Shown piece by piece: positions 1 through 9,187 of a stretch of 64,000 nucleotides of DNA (position 1 is the stretch's first letter; each line of letters opens with the position of its first letter). The translations under genes and the position numbers were made by a program. Below the pieces are notes generated by a model. That model ran no database searches, had not been told where the DNA came from, and was given only the letters and a program-made list of their open reading frames with translations. Location of the stretch: IMG/VR virus record IMGVR_UViG_3300009124_000001. One strand, 5' to 3'. Origin of the DNA: a virus.

Positions 1-247
1 TTTCATCCACCACATAGAAATCTTCATCAGAGAAATTCATCCAACGAATGAATCCCAAAGCAACACGTTGTTGTTCTTCCTCAGGATCCAATTCAACGAT
101 CTTTGTCTTAGCAGGATTCTGAATGAAAATTAAATCTTGCTTGGTATCTGGATCTTCGCTGACTAATACTTCACCAAGGATTTCTTCCCCAGTGATCAAC
201 TTGATAGTACCAAAGAATTGTTCGTCGTGTCGAATGTAATTAATCAT
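1..247 (-). CDS. Conserved cyanophage protein downstream of uvsW (Sm-like fold suspected), partial at window edge
   Basis: Read manually, not in ORF track: ATG at 247 gives MINYIRHDEQFFGTIKLITGEEILGEVLV...GFIRWMNFSDEDFYVVDE, open to position 1; start overlaps the uvsW stop. Confidence 0.75.
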   Translation of the reverse strand, partial: MINYIRHDEQFFGTIKLITGEEILGEVLVSEDPDTKQDLIFIQNPAKTKIVELDPEEEQQRVALGFIRWMNFSDEDFYVVDE

Positions 248-1706
248 TTTTTAATTTGATCTCCTTGATATCGTAATTAAATTTTTCTTCTTGGTAGATC
301 TTGATTCTTTCAGCAAGATGACGAAGGGTATAATTACTTTTGGATCCTCGGGAACAGTTGTCTGCAATGTCATACAACACTGCCTGTGCCTTGTTATCAC
401 CTTTACGAAGGACACGTCCAATAGATTGGAGGTTCCTTACTCTTGATTTGGACGGACTAGCAAAGATTACGTTGTGTAGATTTTTGATGTTGATACCAGT
501 AGAGAAAGTCCCGTAGGAAGCAAGGATGATGGCATCCTTTTCATTCTCACAAATAGATCGTGCTTGTTCACGATCGTAGGCATCAATACCACCGTGTATG
601 AAGAAGATCTTGCGACCATCCTCCACCTTATTATTTAGCAACTCCCACAAAGGGTCTCCGTGCTTCTCGATGTAGTTGAAGAGAATGAGTGTGTTGCCTT
701 TAAGATCACACGCTAGATTGGTGATCAAATTATTTCGTCTGTGGTGAGAGACAAGATAGTCCATCTCCTGTTGATAGTCATCAAAGGGGACAAACCCATG
801 CTTCAACAGAAGGATGTTCACTTTCAATGGGGTGAGATGACCCTGCTTCATTAGGTCCACAGTCTTGGTTACCTGCTCACACCTACCAAACAGACCTTCC
901 AACACCAACTGATGAGTATGCATACCATCCAGAGTGCCTGTCAGTCCAACGCGGTATTTTGCGTCATGGCACTTGGTGAGAATGCCTGACAGACTTTTCG
1001 CTTTGTATAGGTGTGCTTCGTCACCGATGATGGTGTCAAACCTTTGGAAGAACTTACGGGGTTCTTTGTAGATACTCTGCCAGGTAGAGATGACCACAGG
1101 AGCATCTGAATACTTTTCAGTACCACCCATGATCTTGTGGCAATATGCATCTGCCTTCCATCCATACTGTTGGAAGTCCTTATACATCTGCTCAACCAGC
1201 GAGACGGTAGGAACGATGATCAATACATTACGGTCTAGACCCAAGTGCCAACGTACCAGGGCGTAGATGATCAGAGACTTTCCTGATCCTGTCGGGGAAA
1301 GTAGAAGTCTCCGATTGAACCTAAGTGCTTGATAAATTGCTCGTAGTTGGTAATCTCTAACTTTGAAAGGTAGTCCCAATGATCTAACATACCCCGCCAC
1401 TGCCTCAGGAGATACGAGTAGTTCACATTCATTTGGTTTTCCATAGAACTTACTATCCTCTACTTGATATTCGTATCCACGTTCTTCCAGGAACTCACAC
1501 ACATAGTCAAAAAGACCCGCATATATCTCCCCAGTGGCAGGAGAATACAAGCGGATCTTTCCATCCCATTTGAATTTATGATATTGAGGCATGAACTTTG
1601 CCTGAGGGACCTCAAATTGAAAGTGATCGCTCAGTTCTTGATGTACGTGTGGTTCTGCGTTGACCTTAATGTAAACTTCATTCTTTTTACTAATGCTAGT
1701 AATCAC
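240..1706 (-). CDS. uvsW: UvsW SF2 DNA helicase
   Basis: Walker A SPTGSGKS, DEAH box, GLTGT motif III, QSIGRVLR motif VI; N-terminal KWDGKIRLY typical of T4 UvsW; adjacent to uvsY. Confidence 0.97.
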   Translation of the reverse strand: MITSISKKNEVYIKVNAEPHVHQELSDHFQFEVPQAKFMPQYHKFKWDGKIRLYSPATGEIYAGLFDYVCEFLEERGYEYQVEDSKFYGKPNECELLVSPEAVAGYVRSLGLPFKVRDYQLRAIYQALRFNRRLLLSPTGSGKSLIIYALVRWHLGLDRNVLIIVPTVSLVEQMYKDFQQYGWKADAYCHKIMGGTEKYSDAPVVISTWQSIYKEPRKFFQRFDTIIGDEAHLYKAKSLSGILTKCHDAKYRVGLTGTLDGMHTHQLVLEGLFGRCEQVTKTVDLMKQGHLTPLKVNILLLKHGFVPFDDYQQEMDYLVSHHRRNNLITNLACDLKGNTLILFNYIEKHGDPLWELLNNKVEDGRKIFFIHGGIDAYDREQARSICENEKDAIILASYGTFSTGINIKNLHNVIFASPSKSRVRNLQSIGRVLRKGDNKAQAVLYDIADNCSRGSKSNYTLRHLAERIKIYQEEKFNYDIKEIKLKND

Positions 1707-2118
1707 CGTGCTTCCTCAGATCAATAAAATTCTTAATTTGGAACCCACGAGAGGCACACTGTTTAAGAATCATCTCTAAGTAATTTATGCAAGTTTCAAG
1801 GTAGTCAATTTTCTGTTTGTTTCTCAACCACTCGTCATCTGCCCAGATGTATGTGGTGAGGTCTCCTTTGAGTACCTTGTGGTTGAATGGTTTGTCTGCG
1901 TACACCTTAGCAGGTGCCTTGCCTGAGTAGTATTCAAACTTTGCCTTGTAGAGCATCTTGCTCTTTGCTTCGGCATCTGATAACATCAGTTTGAAGTGAG
2001 ACCAGATGTTCAGATACTTCTCATGAATGACGGTACACTTAAAGTTTTCAGTGTCGAGATCGTTCTGGTCTACAACGCAGTCCTCTCTCCACATGTCACG
2101 AATTTCATCTAGTGTCAT
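1696..2118 (-). CDS. uvsY: UvsY recombination mediator
   Basis: 140 aa with the KFEYYSGK...RGFQIKNFIDLRK pattern; position between g3 and uvsW. Confidence 0.93.
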   Translation of the reverse strand: MTLDEIRDMWREDCVVDQNDLDTENFKCTVIHEKYLNIWSHFKLMLSDAEAKSKMLYKAKFEYYSGKAPAKVYADKPFNHKVLKGDLTTYIWADDEWLRNKQKIDYLETCINYLEMILKQCASRGFQIKNFIDLRKHGDY

Positions 2119-2663
2119 TCTAATGCTTTCCTCCGATTGCCATCAATGTCTTGAATTTCGTAGACAGAATATCTAAACTCTACTGTTGCAGTAGCATATT
2201 CTGTACCATCAATTGTAGCATTGAATTCAAGAGCATTCAGCGACACGGGGAACAGGTCTTTGAATACAACGAAGAAATTAGTTTGCATGTTGCTGTTCAT
2301 CACAGCAAGTGATCCATCACAGCGGGGGTTATATTCTTTCTCGAACTCTGATCTTTCCTTGGTAGACTCACCTCGTGCAAGACCACGCATCCAGTTATGT
2401 AAGATCAAATAGTTTTCCAGATCTTCATCAACCAGGAACGTCAGAGTGAACGGTTCATAATTCAAACCAGCAGCATCCCACGGCAAAGGACGACCCAGGG
2501 GAGTCGGTTGATCTACCGTGTTGATACCAATGCCAGGAATGTTGGCAGACTGTGAGAAGTACACAACCTTTGGAAATTGTTCCAACAGCATCTTAAATCC
2601 AATAGGAGACAGGAAGTTCCTATTTTCAATTTGTTTGTTCCAAAGTTCGTACTCAGCCGCCAT
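2115..2663 (-). CDS. g3: Tail completion / sheath stabiliser gp3
   Basis: NRNFLSPIGF, QSANIPGI, FLVDEDLENY, FKDLFPVSL motifs of T4-like gp3. Confidence 0.92.
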   Translation of the reverse strand: MAAEYELWNKQIENRNFLSPIGFKMLLEQFPKVVYFSQSANIPGIGINTVDQPTPLGRPLPWDAAGLNYEPFTLTFLVDEDLENYLILHNWMRGLARGESTKERSEFEKEYNPRCDGSLAVMNSNMQTNFFVVFKDLFPVSLNALEFNATIDGTEYATATVEFRYSVYEIQDIDGNRRKALE

Positions 2664-2844
2664 GTGTCTTGTCTCTAAGGAGATCTTCTATTCTTCTCCT
2701 TATATTTAGGGACTCGTGGTCGTCCTTCTGGAAGTTACGGTAACCACGAATACCCTTAGACACAGAATGACCCTGGTAGACAAATGCCCATGCAAAGGAC
2801 AGTCCCAGGATCATTCCAATTATTTCAATGCTATGTCCATCCAT
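2653..2844 (-). CDS. Small membrane protein, hypothetical
   Basis: 63 aa with one hydrophobic helix; overlaps both neighbours on the coding strand. Confidence 0.6.
   Translation of the reverse strand: MDGHSIEIIGMILGLSFAWAFVYQGHSVSKGIRGYRNFQKDDHESLNIRRRIEDLLRDKTHGG
2703..2708 (-). promoter_or_regulatory. T4-type late promoter (TAAATA) for g3
   Basis: CTAAATAT on minus strand about 40 nt upstream of g3 start. Confidence 0.55.
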
Positions 2845-3008
2845 GGCAGTAACGGCGGTATTACTCCAACGAGTCGAAGAAGACCCTCAGCAAAAAGTGC
2901 AAGAACAACCCAACCAACACACATACTAATAATCGAAGCATTCCTATTGTGACGGCGTATGGCAGCATCAATCATCTCCTGACATTCTTTACGCTGCTCA
3001 TCGTTCAC
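2820..3008 (-). CDS. Small membrane protein, hypothetical
   Basis: GTG start at 3008 overlaps the upstream stop; NDEQRKECQEMIDAAIRRHNRNASIISMCVGWVVLALFAEGLLRL, one TM helix. Confidence 0.7.
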   Translation of the reverse strand: MNDEQRKECQEMIDAAIRRHNRNASIISMCVGWVVLALFAEGLLRLVGVIPPLLPWMDIALK

Positions 3009-3184
3009 GGTTCTTCTCCATACCAGAAGTCGTCCCAATCATCGGCGTCCGCTTCATAGATTGGGCAGGGTTCTTCCATGAGGATGTCGGTCTTCATGCG
3101 AAGAGCAAGTTCTTGTAACTTTTTTAGATCTATGTCGTTCATACCAGCAGGCAGTAGGTTGTCGATAAAATCTAGGTCTTTCAT
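3005..3184 (-). CDS. Small acidic hypothetical protein (59 aa)
   Basis: Manual translation MKDLDFIDNLLPAGMNDIDLKKLQELALRMKTDILMEEPCPIYEADADDWDDFWYGEEP; ATGA/GTGA overlaps with both neighbours. Confidence 0.7.
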   Translation of the reverse strand: MKDLDFIDNLLPAGMNDIDLKKLQELALRMKTDILMEEPCPIYEADADDWDDFWYGEEP

Positions 3185-3345
3185 GAAGAAAACTGGTCCA
3201 GCAACTCTAAGATTCTATTATAGGCATCATGAGCACCATCGTGCCATTGTCCTGGTTTGTCTTTATGTTTGCCGTCGTAAAGTTCAGTCTTCATCTTGTA
3301 AACCCGATGCAAAATGTCGTTCTTTGTCACACGTCCTCTTGGCAT
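3181..3345 (-). CDS. Small hypothetical protein (54 aa) following g23
   Basis: Manual translation MPRGRVTKNDILHRVYKMKTELYDGKHKDKPGQWHDGAHDAYNRILELLDQFSS; preceded by a late promoter; stop overlaps the next ATG. Confidence 0.75.
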   Translation of the reverse strand: MPRGRVTKNDILHRVYKMKTELYDGKHKDKPGQWHDGAHDAYNRILELLDQFSS

Positions 3346-3372
3346 AACATAATACATCGTAAGTATACCTAC

Positions 3373-3378
3373 TATTTA
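3373..3378 (-). promoter_or_regulatory. T4-type late promoter (TAAATA)
   Basis: TTAAATAG immediately after the g23 terminator, about 28 nt upstream of the ATG at 3345. Confidence 0.65.
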
Positions 3379-3382
3379 ACAT

Positions 3383-3406
3383 AAAAAAAGGACCCCATTG
3401 GGGTCC
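3383..3406 (-). terminator. Rho-independent terminator after g23
   Basis: Minus strand GGACCCC-AAT-GGGGTCC followed by T7. Confidence 0.9.
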
Positions 3407-3427
3407 CTGTGTTGATTTGTGAATAAA

Positions 3428-4780
3428 TCACATGAGGTTGTCAACCAGCACACGACGATAGTAGCGGTTCTGGTTAGCGTTAAGAGCGCCACTACCTTGA
3501 CCTGTACCCTCAGCGAAGGGATTAGCGACCATGCCGTAGCGGGTCTTGAAGCCAATCTTGGGCTGGAAGGTGTCCTGACCAACGGCACGAACCATTTGCA
3601 GGGGCACATAGGGGCAGTAGAACAGACCAGCATCATAGGCGCTGCTACCCTTGTAACCAGCAACGTAGAAGTGACGATCACTTACGTTAGCGGAATAAGG
3701 ATCAACGTAGACCTTGATACGACCGTTCAGAGTACCAGCAAGGGTGCTGCTGTTGTCGTCGGGGAGGAGACCGCTGTTGCCGCTCAGGGCAGGGGTGTAA
3801 TCCAGAACGCCAGCCATCGACAGGGCAGATGCCACGTCAGCAGAGCAGATCAGGATGTTACCCTTCCCGCGACGAGTCTCATGACCGATTGCGTTCATGT
3901 CACGCTCGATTTGGAAGAGCAGACCTTTGAACTTTTCAACCGACCAACGACCATTGGAGTCAACGTCCAGGTCGAAGATACCAGCGGAAGCAGTGTTGTT
4001 CTGAGCACCAGGGCGGGCGATACGATAAACGGTACGAACCACCTCACGGTTGATCTCGGCAAGAACCTCAGTGGAGAGGATGTTGGCGAGCTCGGACTCA
4101 GCGTCCAGACCATGAACTGCTTTCAGGTCTTGGGCGAGTTCGAGACTGTACTCAGCTTTCAGAGCACGGGACTTGGCAGTCACGGTGACCTTCTCGATCG
4201 AGAAGTTCATTTCAGCGAAAGCGTTAGTGCCCGCGTCACCCAGAGCTTCGGACTGAGCGGTGCTCATGCCTTCGGCATTGGTGTAAGTGCCACTGTCATT
4301 CAGCAGACCAGGGTTGCTGCCGCTCTGAGCGGTAGCGCCGAGGTTGCTAGCAGCGTTCTCAGCGGAGAACTCGGTATCGGCTTCGTTGAAGAATGCCTCA
4401 GTACCAGCAGTACGGTTGGTGCCATAGCGGGAGCGCATGGCGAAGATCAGTCCAGTAGGACCAGTCATCGGTTGAACGCCAGCGATGTCATAGGCGATCA
4501 GTTTGGGCATCGAGCGGCGGATCAAGCTGATCAGCACGGGGTCGAAACCAGCAACAGGACCAGTAGCACCAGCAGCACCACTGAAACCAGCGGGGCTAGA
4601 ACCAGCACTCATGGTGGGGGCAGCTTCGTGCAGAAGACCTGCTTCCTCTTTGAGGAACTTCTCTTGGTTTTCGAGCAGGATGGAGGTGACAGCCTTTCTA
4701 TACTTATCCGAAATGTTGTTCAGTTCGGAGTGTTCCAGAATGGGTGCCCACTTTTCCTGCAAAGATTCGGAGTTGAACAT
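3428..4780 (-). CDS. g23: Major capsid protein gp23
   Basis: LQEKWAPILEH, GVQPMTGPTGLIFAMR, KSRALKAEYSLELAQDLKAVHGLDAESEL, FQPKIGFKTRYG. Confidence 0.99.
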   Translation of the reverse strand: MFNSESLQEKWAPILEHSELNNISDKYRKAVTSILLENQEKFLKEEAGLLHEAAPTMSAGSSPAGFSGAAGATGPVAGFDPVLISLIRRSMPKLIAYDIAGVQPMTGPTGLIFAMRSRYGTNRTAGTEAFFNEADTEFSAENAASNLGATAQSGSNPGLLNDSGTYTNAEGMSTAQSEALGDAGTNAFAEMNFSIEKVTVTAKSRALKAEYSLELAQDLKAVHGLDAESELANILSTEVLAEINREVVRTVYRIARPGAQNNTASAGIFDLDVDSNGRWSVEKFKGLLFQIERDMNAIGHETRRGKGNILICSADVASALSMAGVLDYTPALSGNSGLLPDDNSSTLAGTLNGRIKVYVDPYSANVSDRHFYVAGYKGSSAYDAGLFYCPYVPLQMVRAVGQDTFQPKIGFKTRYGMVANPFAEGTGQGSGALNANQNRYYRRVLVDNLM

Positions 4781-4815
4781 TTGCTTTTACTTAGGATAGG
4801 TGGATTGTTCTTAGA

Positions 4816-5850
4816 TCACTTAGCCCAGCGGGAAAGTGCTTGGACGTAGGCAGACATAGTGTCGCCAACTTCCTGATTCTCAACCTGTACGTCCTCAGTC
4901 ACAGTGGTGACTTCGGGTTTGGTAGAGAAATATGACTCACGGAGAGTCTGTACCTTCCCACGGAAGGATTCTTCATCATTAAACTCAACTCCCTCAGCAA
5001 GAGATGCCAGCTTCTCGCGTTGCGAGAGGGACAGACCCTCGCTCAGTTCGCTCACAATCCCATTCTTGATATAACCGCCGATCTCCTTAGAAAGATCAAC
5101 ATTCGTCTCGATTTGTTCGTTGAGTTTCTTCTCCATGATATCGAGTTGCTCAGTCATTTCGTCAACCAAGTCAACTTTTTCGTCGGGAAGATCGATGAAA
5201 TTCTCGACAAAAACTTCTTTGAGTCCAGCAAGGACGCTCTCTGCCATCTCGGTCTTGATACCGTGCTCGATAGCGAGAGTGTTGTCCTTAGCCCACTGCG
5301 AGACTGCGAACGAAAGATACTCGTCCACTTGCTCAGCGAGTTCAGACTTAACTGTCTCAATTTCTTCTTCAAGAACCTTGGCGTAATCACCGTGGATACG
5401 ATCCAGTTCTTCGTTCAGGCGGGAAACAACTGCTGCCTCAAAAATGGTAGCAGCCTTCTCCTTGAACTCTTCGCTCAGGTCTTCACCTTCGGTCAGAGCA
5501 GCAACATCAGCAGAAAGGTCGATAGCAATAGTTTCGACTTCTTCTTCCTCAGCAATCACTTCTTCACCTTCATGCTCGGTGTGATCGAAGGTGGGAGACT
5601 TGGACAGGGTGTCCTGCTTGTTACCCGAAGCATCAGAAGGCTTCGTTGTAGGGGCAGAGGCACTCTTGGCGACGACCTTATACTTATTGCTTTCGTCGTC
5701 GGGCTTACTGTTTTGCGGAGTAGGACCACCGAGGTCTTGAACACCAGCGAGACCACTGCCTTCATTGTCAAGTTTACCTTGGGGGTCGGCAGGTTTCGCG
5801 CCAGCGGTTACGCTCGATTCGTCCAGAGTTGTTTCAATTTTGTCAGACAT
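4816..5850 (-). CDS. g22: Prohead core scaffold protein gp22
   Basis: Acidic coiled-coil protein with LSEEFKEKAATIFEAAV; lies between g21 and g23. Confidence 0.95.
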   Translation of the reverse strand: MSDKIETTLDESSVTAGAKPADPQGKLDNEGSGLAGVQDLGGPTPQNSKPDDESNKYKVVAKSASAPTTKPSDASGNKQDTLSKSPTFDHTEHEGEEVIAEEEEVETIAIDLSADVAALTEGEDLSEEFKEKAATIFEAAVVSRLNEELDRIHGDYAKVLEEEIETVKSELAEQVDEYLSFAVSQWAKDNTLAIEHGIKTEMAESVLAGLKEVFVENFIDLPDEKVDLVDEMTEQLDIMEKKLNEQIETNVDLSKEIGGYIKNGIVSELSEGLSLSQREKLASLAEGVEFNDEESFRGKVQTLRESYFSTKPEVTTVTEDVQVENQEVGDTMSAYVQALSRWAK

Positions 5851-5889
5851 TGTGTCTCCTCGTGGTTACGTTGCTGTGATTGCTCTAAT

Positions 5890-5895
5890 TATTTA
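5890..5895 (-). promoter_or_regulatory. Late promoter upstream of g22
   Basis: ATAAATAA in the g21-g22 intergenic gap. Confidence 0.75.
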
Positions 5896-5898
5896 TGT

Positions 5899-6546
5899 TT
5901 ACAGATTTTTCAAGAAGTCGGAAAACGCGGAGATTTTCCTTTCATCGAGTTGACGTGCCGCAGCATTATCAATTCTTTTCTTGATTTGATCAATTTTGGA
6001 CTCGTGGACCAGACCGTTGTTCCAAATCCACTCCTTTCCTTCCATAATTCCATTAACAAAAGCGTCAGGTGCCGAAGGATCTGCTACAATGTCAGCAGCA
6101 GTGGCGAGCATAAAGTCTTCGCCAACAACCTTGATACCATTCTCTTCCTTAATAGAACCAAGTCCGCGTGAAGAAACGCCAAGTTTTACACCCTCATCGA
6201 GGAGTTCTTTGGCGATGCGACCCATGGGTGTTTCCAGAAGTCTTGCTTTGCCGACAAAGTTAGATCCTTCTCTTTTGAGGGAAGTGATCAGGTGGGATGC
6301 ACGATCCAAATTAATTGTCGGACCATCGGGGTGACCAAGTTCACCAAGAGCGCGACCAGATTTAACGAAATTTTCGTTATATTTCTGAACCTCACGTTCC
6401 ATGGTACGCATGGGGTACATACGACCATTACGATTGGTAATGTCTGCTTGGAGGAAAACACCCTCAATATAGGTTTGCTTCTTACCGTTCTTGCCTTCGG
6501 TAATAACTACCCTAGTGTCTTCAATCTTCTCCGTTATCAGTTTCAT
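5899..6546 (-). CDS. g21: Prohead protease gp21
   Basis: Likely start MKLITE (6546); NRNGRMYP, ALGELGHP, GVSSRGLGS, DIVADPSAPDAFV motifs. Confidence 0.97.
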   Translation of the reverse strand: MKLITEKIEDTRVVITEGKNGKKQTYIEGVFLQADITNRNGRMYPMRTMEREVQKYNENFVKSGRALGELGHPDGPTINLDRASHLITSLKREGSNFVGKARLLETPMGRIAKELLDEGVKLGVSSRGLGSIKEENGIKVVGEDFMLATAADIVADPSAPDAFVNGIMEGKEWIWNNGLVHESKIDQIKKRIDNAAARQLDERKISAFSDFLKNL

Positions 6547-6769
6547 CAGAAGGTTCCTCTTGTGTTTCTTGGTCGATTGATGCCTCAGGTTGATCAACTT
6601 CCTCAGGTTCATCAGGGGTAGGTGCAAACATAGTTGCGCCTACTTCTTTTTTCATATCACCAATCTTATCCATGGCGAGAGTTTTCATTTGTGCATCGAC
6701 ATAATCGCTGAGGTCTTTTTTGCCAGCGAACAATGCATTGACGATATCAATCGAAGCTTGGGAAGGCAT
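6521..6769 (-). CDS. Small prohead core protein (gp67/gp68 position)
   Basis: 82-aa acidic protein between g20 and g21; assignment by synteny. Confidence 0.7.
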   Translation of the reverse strand: MPSQASIDIVNALFAGKKDLSDYVDAQMKTLAMDKIGDMKKEVGATMFAPTPDEPEEVDQPEASIDQETQEEPSDETDNGED

Positions 6770-6790
6770 AATGTTATTAAATACTAATAC

Positions 6791-6796
6791 TATTTA
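6791..6796 (-). promoter_or_regulatory. Late promoter overlapping the g20 stop codon
   Basis: CTAAATAG; its TAA is the g20 stop. Confidence 0.65.
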
Positions 6797-8407
6797 GATA
6801 TTTCCTTTTTCGTAATCCTTAGGATCCATACCTTCCTCTTCCTCAGGCACTTCTGGTTCAGGTGGCATGAGGGACATTTCCATCTGCGCCTTTTCCATTT
6901 GTGCCATCTCGGCAGGTGAAACAATCAGACCTGCTTCGATTTCCGCATTCATCTGCTCATCGATCTCGTTGTATTCAGCATCAGACTGACGCAGAATATT
7001 GCGGCGCAGATATTCCAGAGAGAAATACTTGCCAGCAAAAGGATCCATTTGAGCGAGAAGTGCGAGTCTCTCGTTCATGACTTCCTTCTCTTTCATTTCA
7101 GAGAAGTAGTTGTCAGCGATGAAGGAATACTGAATGTGCTCCTTCATCTGATCCCACTCATCAAGAGTGATGACACCTTTCAGGACGAGTTGAGTTCTCA
7201 GAAGATCGTTGAAAAGATCACTAAACTTCTTGCGGAGTCTGGTGACAAACTTCTGGAACTTAACTTCATCTCTTGTGATTTCGGCACTGCGTCCGACATT
7301 GAAACTGCTCTCAGATTCCAATCTAGACTCTGGGACATTCAGAGATCTATACAGTTTCTTCTGGAAGTATTTGACATCTTCCAGTTCTCCAAGGTTTTGC
7401 CCGCCAGGAAGGGTAGAAATTTCTGTGCCGCGCCCACCCTCGCGTCTCGGAAGCCAGAAGTCTTCCAACATAGACATAAATTTCTTATCGTCACGAATCT
7501 CGCCAGTGTCGGCGTTGTACACCAACTTATTACGATAGCGAGACATCACCTCACGGAGGTATTGTTCTGCCTTCTGCTTAGGCAGGTTACCTACATCAAT
7601 GTAGAAGATGCGGCGTTCGGGTGCTCTGCTCAGACGATAAATGACCAGAGAGTCCTCAATCATACGAAGTTGATTGAGTGCCTTAATTGCCTTGTGAAGG
7701 TGTGATAGCACATAGTTGCGTTGCATATCCAACTGCCCAGAATGGCAGTATGTGATAGCATCTGGCGCAATTTTGATGCCATTGTTCTCATAACCTTTCA
7801 GACCTTTGGGTGAGTAGACATAATACTCAACCGATTTGGGAACAATCGATGTGATCTGTGGGTCAATGAGTTGTGCGCGATCCTTAGGTTTGTCGAATTC
7901 AACAACCTTTTTGATCTTGCGTGGATCGATATACCTTAGTTCTGTAATACCAGCACTAGGATTCTTAGTATCGATCATCTTATGATAGAAGAGGCGTCCA
8001 TCGATATACCAGCGACGGAAAATATCGTATGCCTTTCTATCAAAATCTAGAAGAACGAGAACATTTTCAAACTCTTCACGAATTCTATTGCGAAGTGTTT
8101 GAGATACTCTCAAATTTTGAAGGTCAATGTCAACGGGAGAATCATTCAGATCCCCAGCAATTGCTTCATTGACAACATCATTAATTGCAGCATCACACTC
8201 AGGGTGCAATGACATTTCACGGTAACGACCAATCAGGTCTGCTTCGCTTGCTTTGTTAGCAGCGTCACCCATCTCAACATACTGACCAAAATGCCCACCA
8301 GCAACGATGGGTTGGGCAGCGTCATCAGACTCTTTACGAACAAAAGAAGGACCAGTTCCCTGATCCTTCTTCCTTTCTAACGAATAACCAAATAGTTGAG
8401 ACATCAA
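6794..8407 (-). CDS. g20: Portal protein gp20
   Basis: FRRWYIDGR, LRYIDPRKIKKV, IYRLSRAPERRIFYIDVGNLPK, EDFWLPRREGGRGTEI. Confidence 0.99.
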   Translation of the reverse strand: MMSQLFGYSLERKKDQGTGPSFVRKESDDAAQPIVAGGHFGQYVEMGDAANKASEADLIGRYREMSLHPECDAAINDVVNEAIAGDLNDSPVDIDLQNLRVSQTLRNRIREEFENVLVLLDFDRKAYDIFRRWYIDGRLFYHKMIDTKNPSAGITELRYIDPRKIKKVVEFDKPKDRAQLIDPQITSIVPKSVEYYVYSPKGLKGYENNGIKIAPDAITYCHSGQLDMQRNYVLSHLHKAIKALNQLRMIEDSLVIYRLSRAPERRIFYIDVGNLPKQKAEQYLREVMSRYRNKLVYNADTGEIRDDKKFMSMLEDFWLPRREGGRGTEISTLPGGQNLGELEDVKYFQKKLYRSLNVPESRLESESSFNVGRSAEITRDEVKFQKFVTRLRKKFSDLFNDLLRTQLVLKGVITLDEWDQMKEHIQYSFIADNYFSEMKEKEVMNERLALLAQMDPFAGKYFSLEYLRRNILRQSDAEYNEIDEQMNAEIEAGLIVSPAEMAQMEKAQMEMSLMPPEPEVPEEEEGMDPKDYEKGNI

Positions 8408-8430
8408 CGTGAGCGCAATTTCTTCTCTAC

Positions 8431-8436
8431 TATTTA
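8431..8436 (-). promoter_or_regulatory. Late promoter upstream of g20
   Basis: CTAAATAG in the intergenic gap. Confidence 0.7.
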
Positions 8437-8457
8437 GTCAATTCGTAATTATCGATA

Positions 8458-9129
8458 TCACTGCTCCTGTCCGTTACCTTGGTCACGGTCAGTTGCGGGC
8501 ACCCAATACTGAACTTGGAACTCAACGGTGTACTCTTCGGGAGTATCGTTGCTGTCCCATGCCAGGTCGATTGCACTGATGTTCGAGGGCCAAATGCCAA
8601 CAAACTCATATGCAGCGGAGTGGGTGTTTTGACGAGTGAACTGACGAACATAAGCGTTCGACTGATACTCGGCAATGCTAGTAGCGGTCTGGTGGTTAGC
8701 AGGCAGAGACTGCATCAAACGGGACCATGTTTCCAGTTTGCGGCGCAGACGGAAGTTCTCATCGTTGAGGATGGTAACTGTCCAGGGTTCAAAGGTTCTG
8801 TCACCAGCGATTTTCAGAGTACGACCTCTGAAAGGAACCTCAACCACACCCACAGTAGAAGCGGGGAGGTTGGCAGCCTTCACGAGGAAGGTGCTAAGGA
8901 CGGCGGCATCACCAGTAGTAGTGGTGTCGTCATCGATGGTAGCGTTGGTGTCATCGGTTGTCGCTTGGAGCAGTTCTTCCACACGCTGAGGGAAGTACAG
9001 CTCCACCTGAAACTGATTAGGACGTGCAAGTTCTCTGACTTGATTGCGGAAGTTCAGAATTGAGAGTGTTGTTTGTGTTCCCTCAACCTGACCCGCTGGG
9101 CGATTAGGACTATCTTTTGGGGTAGGCAT
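8458..9129 (-). CDS. g19: Tail tube protein gp19
   Basis: ARPNQFQV, LPASTVGVVEVPFRGRTLKIAGDRTFEPWTVT, EEYTVEFQVQYW; carries a short Thr/Asp-rich insertion. Confidence 0.95.
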   Translation of the reverse strand: MPTPKDSPNRPAGQVEGTQTTLSILNFRNQVRELARPNQFQVELYFPQRVEELLQATTDDTNATIDDDTTTTGDAAVLSTFLVKAANLPASTVGVVEVPFRGRTLKIAGDRTFEPWTVTILNDENFRLRRKLETWSRLMQSLPANHQTATSIAEYQSNAYVRQFTRQNTHSAAYEFVGIWPSNISAIDLAWDSNDTPEEYTVEFQVQYWVPATDRDQGNGQEQ

Positions 9130-9187
9130 TAGTAAACTCCGTTATTCGGTAGTGATTGATGTGGATGAGAGAAGGGGGTCGCCCCTA

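Noticed and set aside
3419-4849. 476-aa plus-strand ORF spanning g23
   Set aside because: Antisense shadow of a strongly codon-biased gene; no recognisable motifs, and no plus-strand promoter or ribosome-binding site noticed
9172-9187. GC hairpin (AGGGG-CGAC-CCCCT) between g18 and g19 as a terminator
   Set aside because: Short stem without a proper U-tract, and g19 has no promoter of its own; more likely an mRNA stability or processing hairpin
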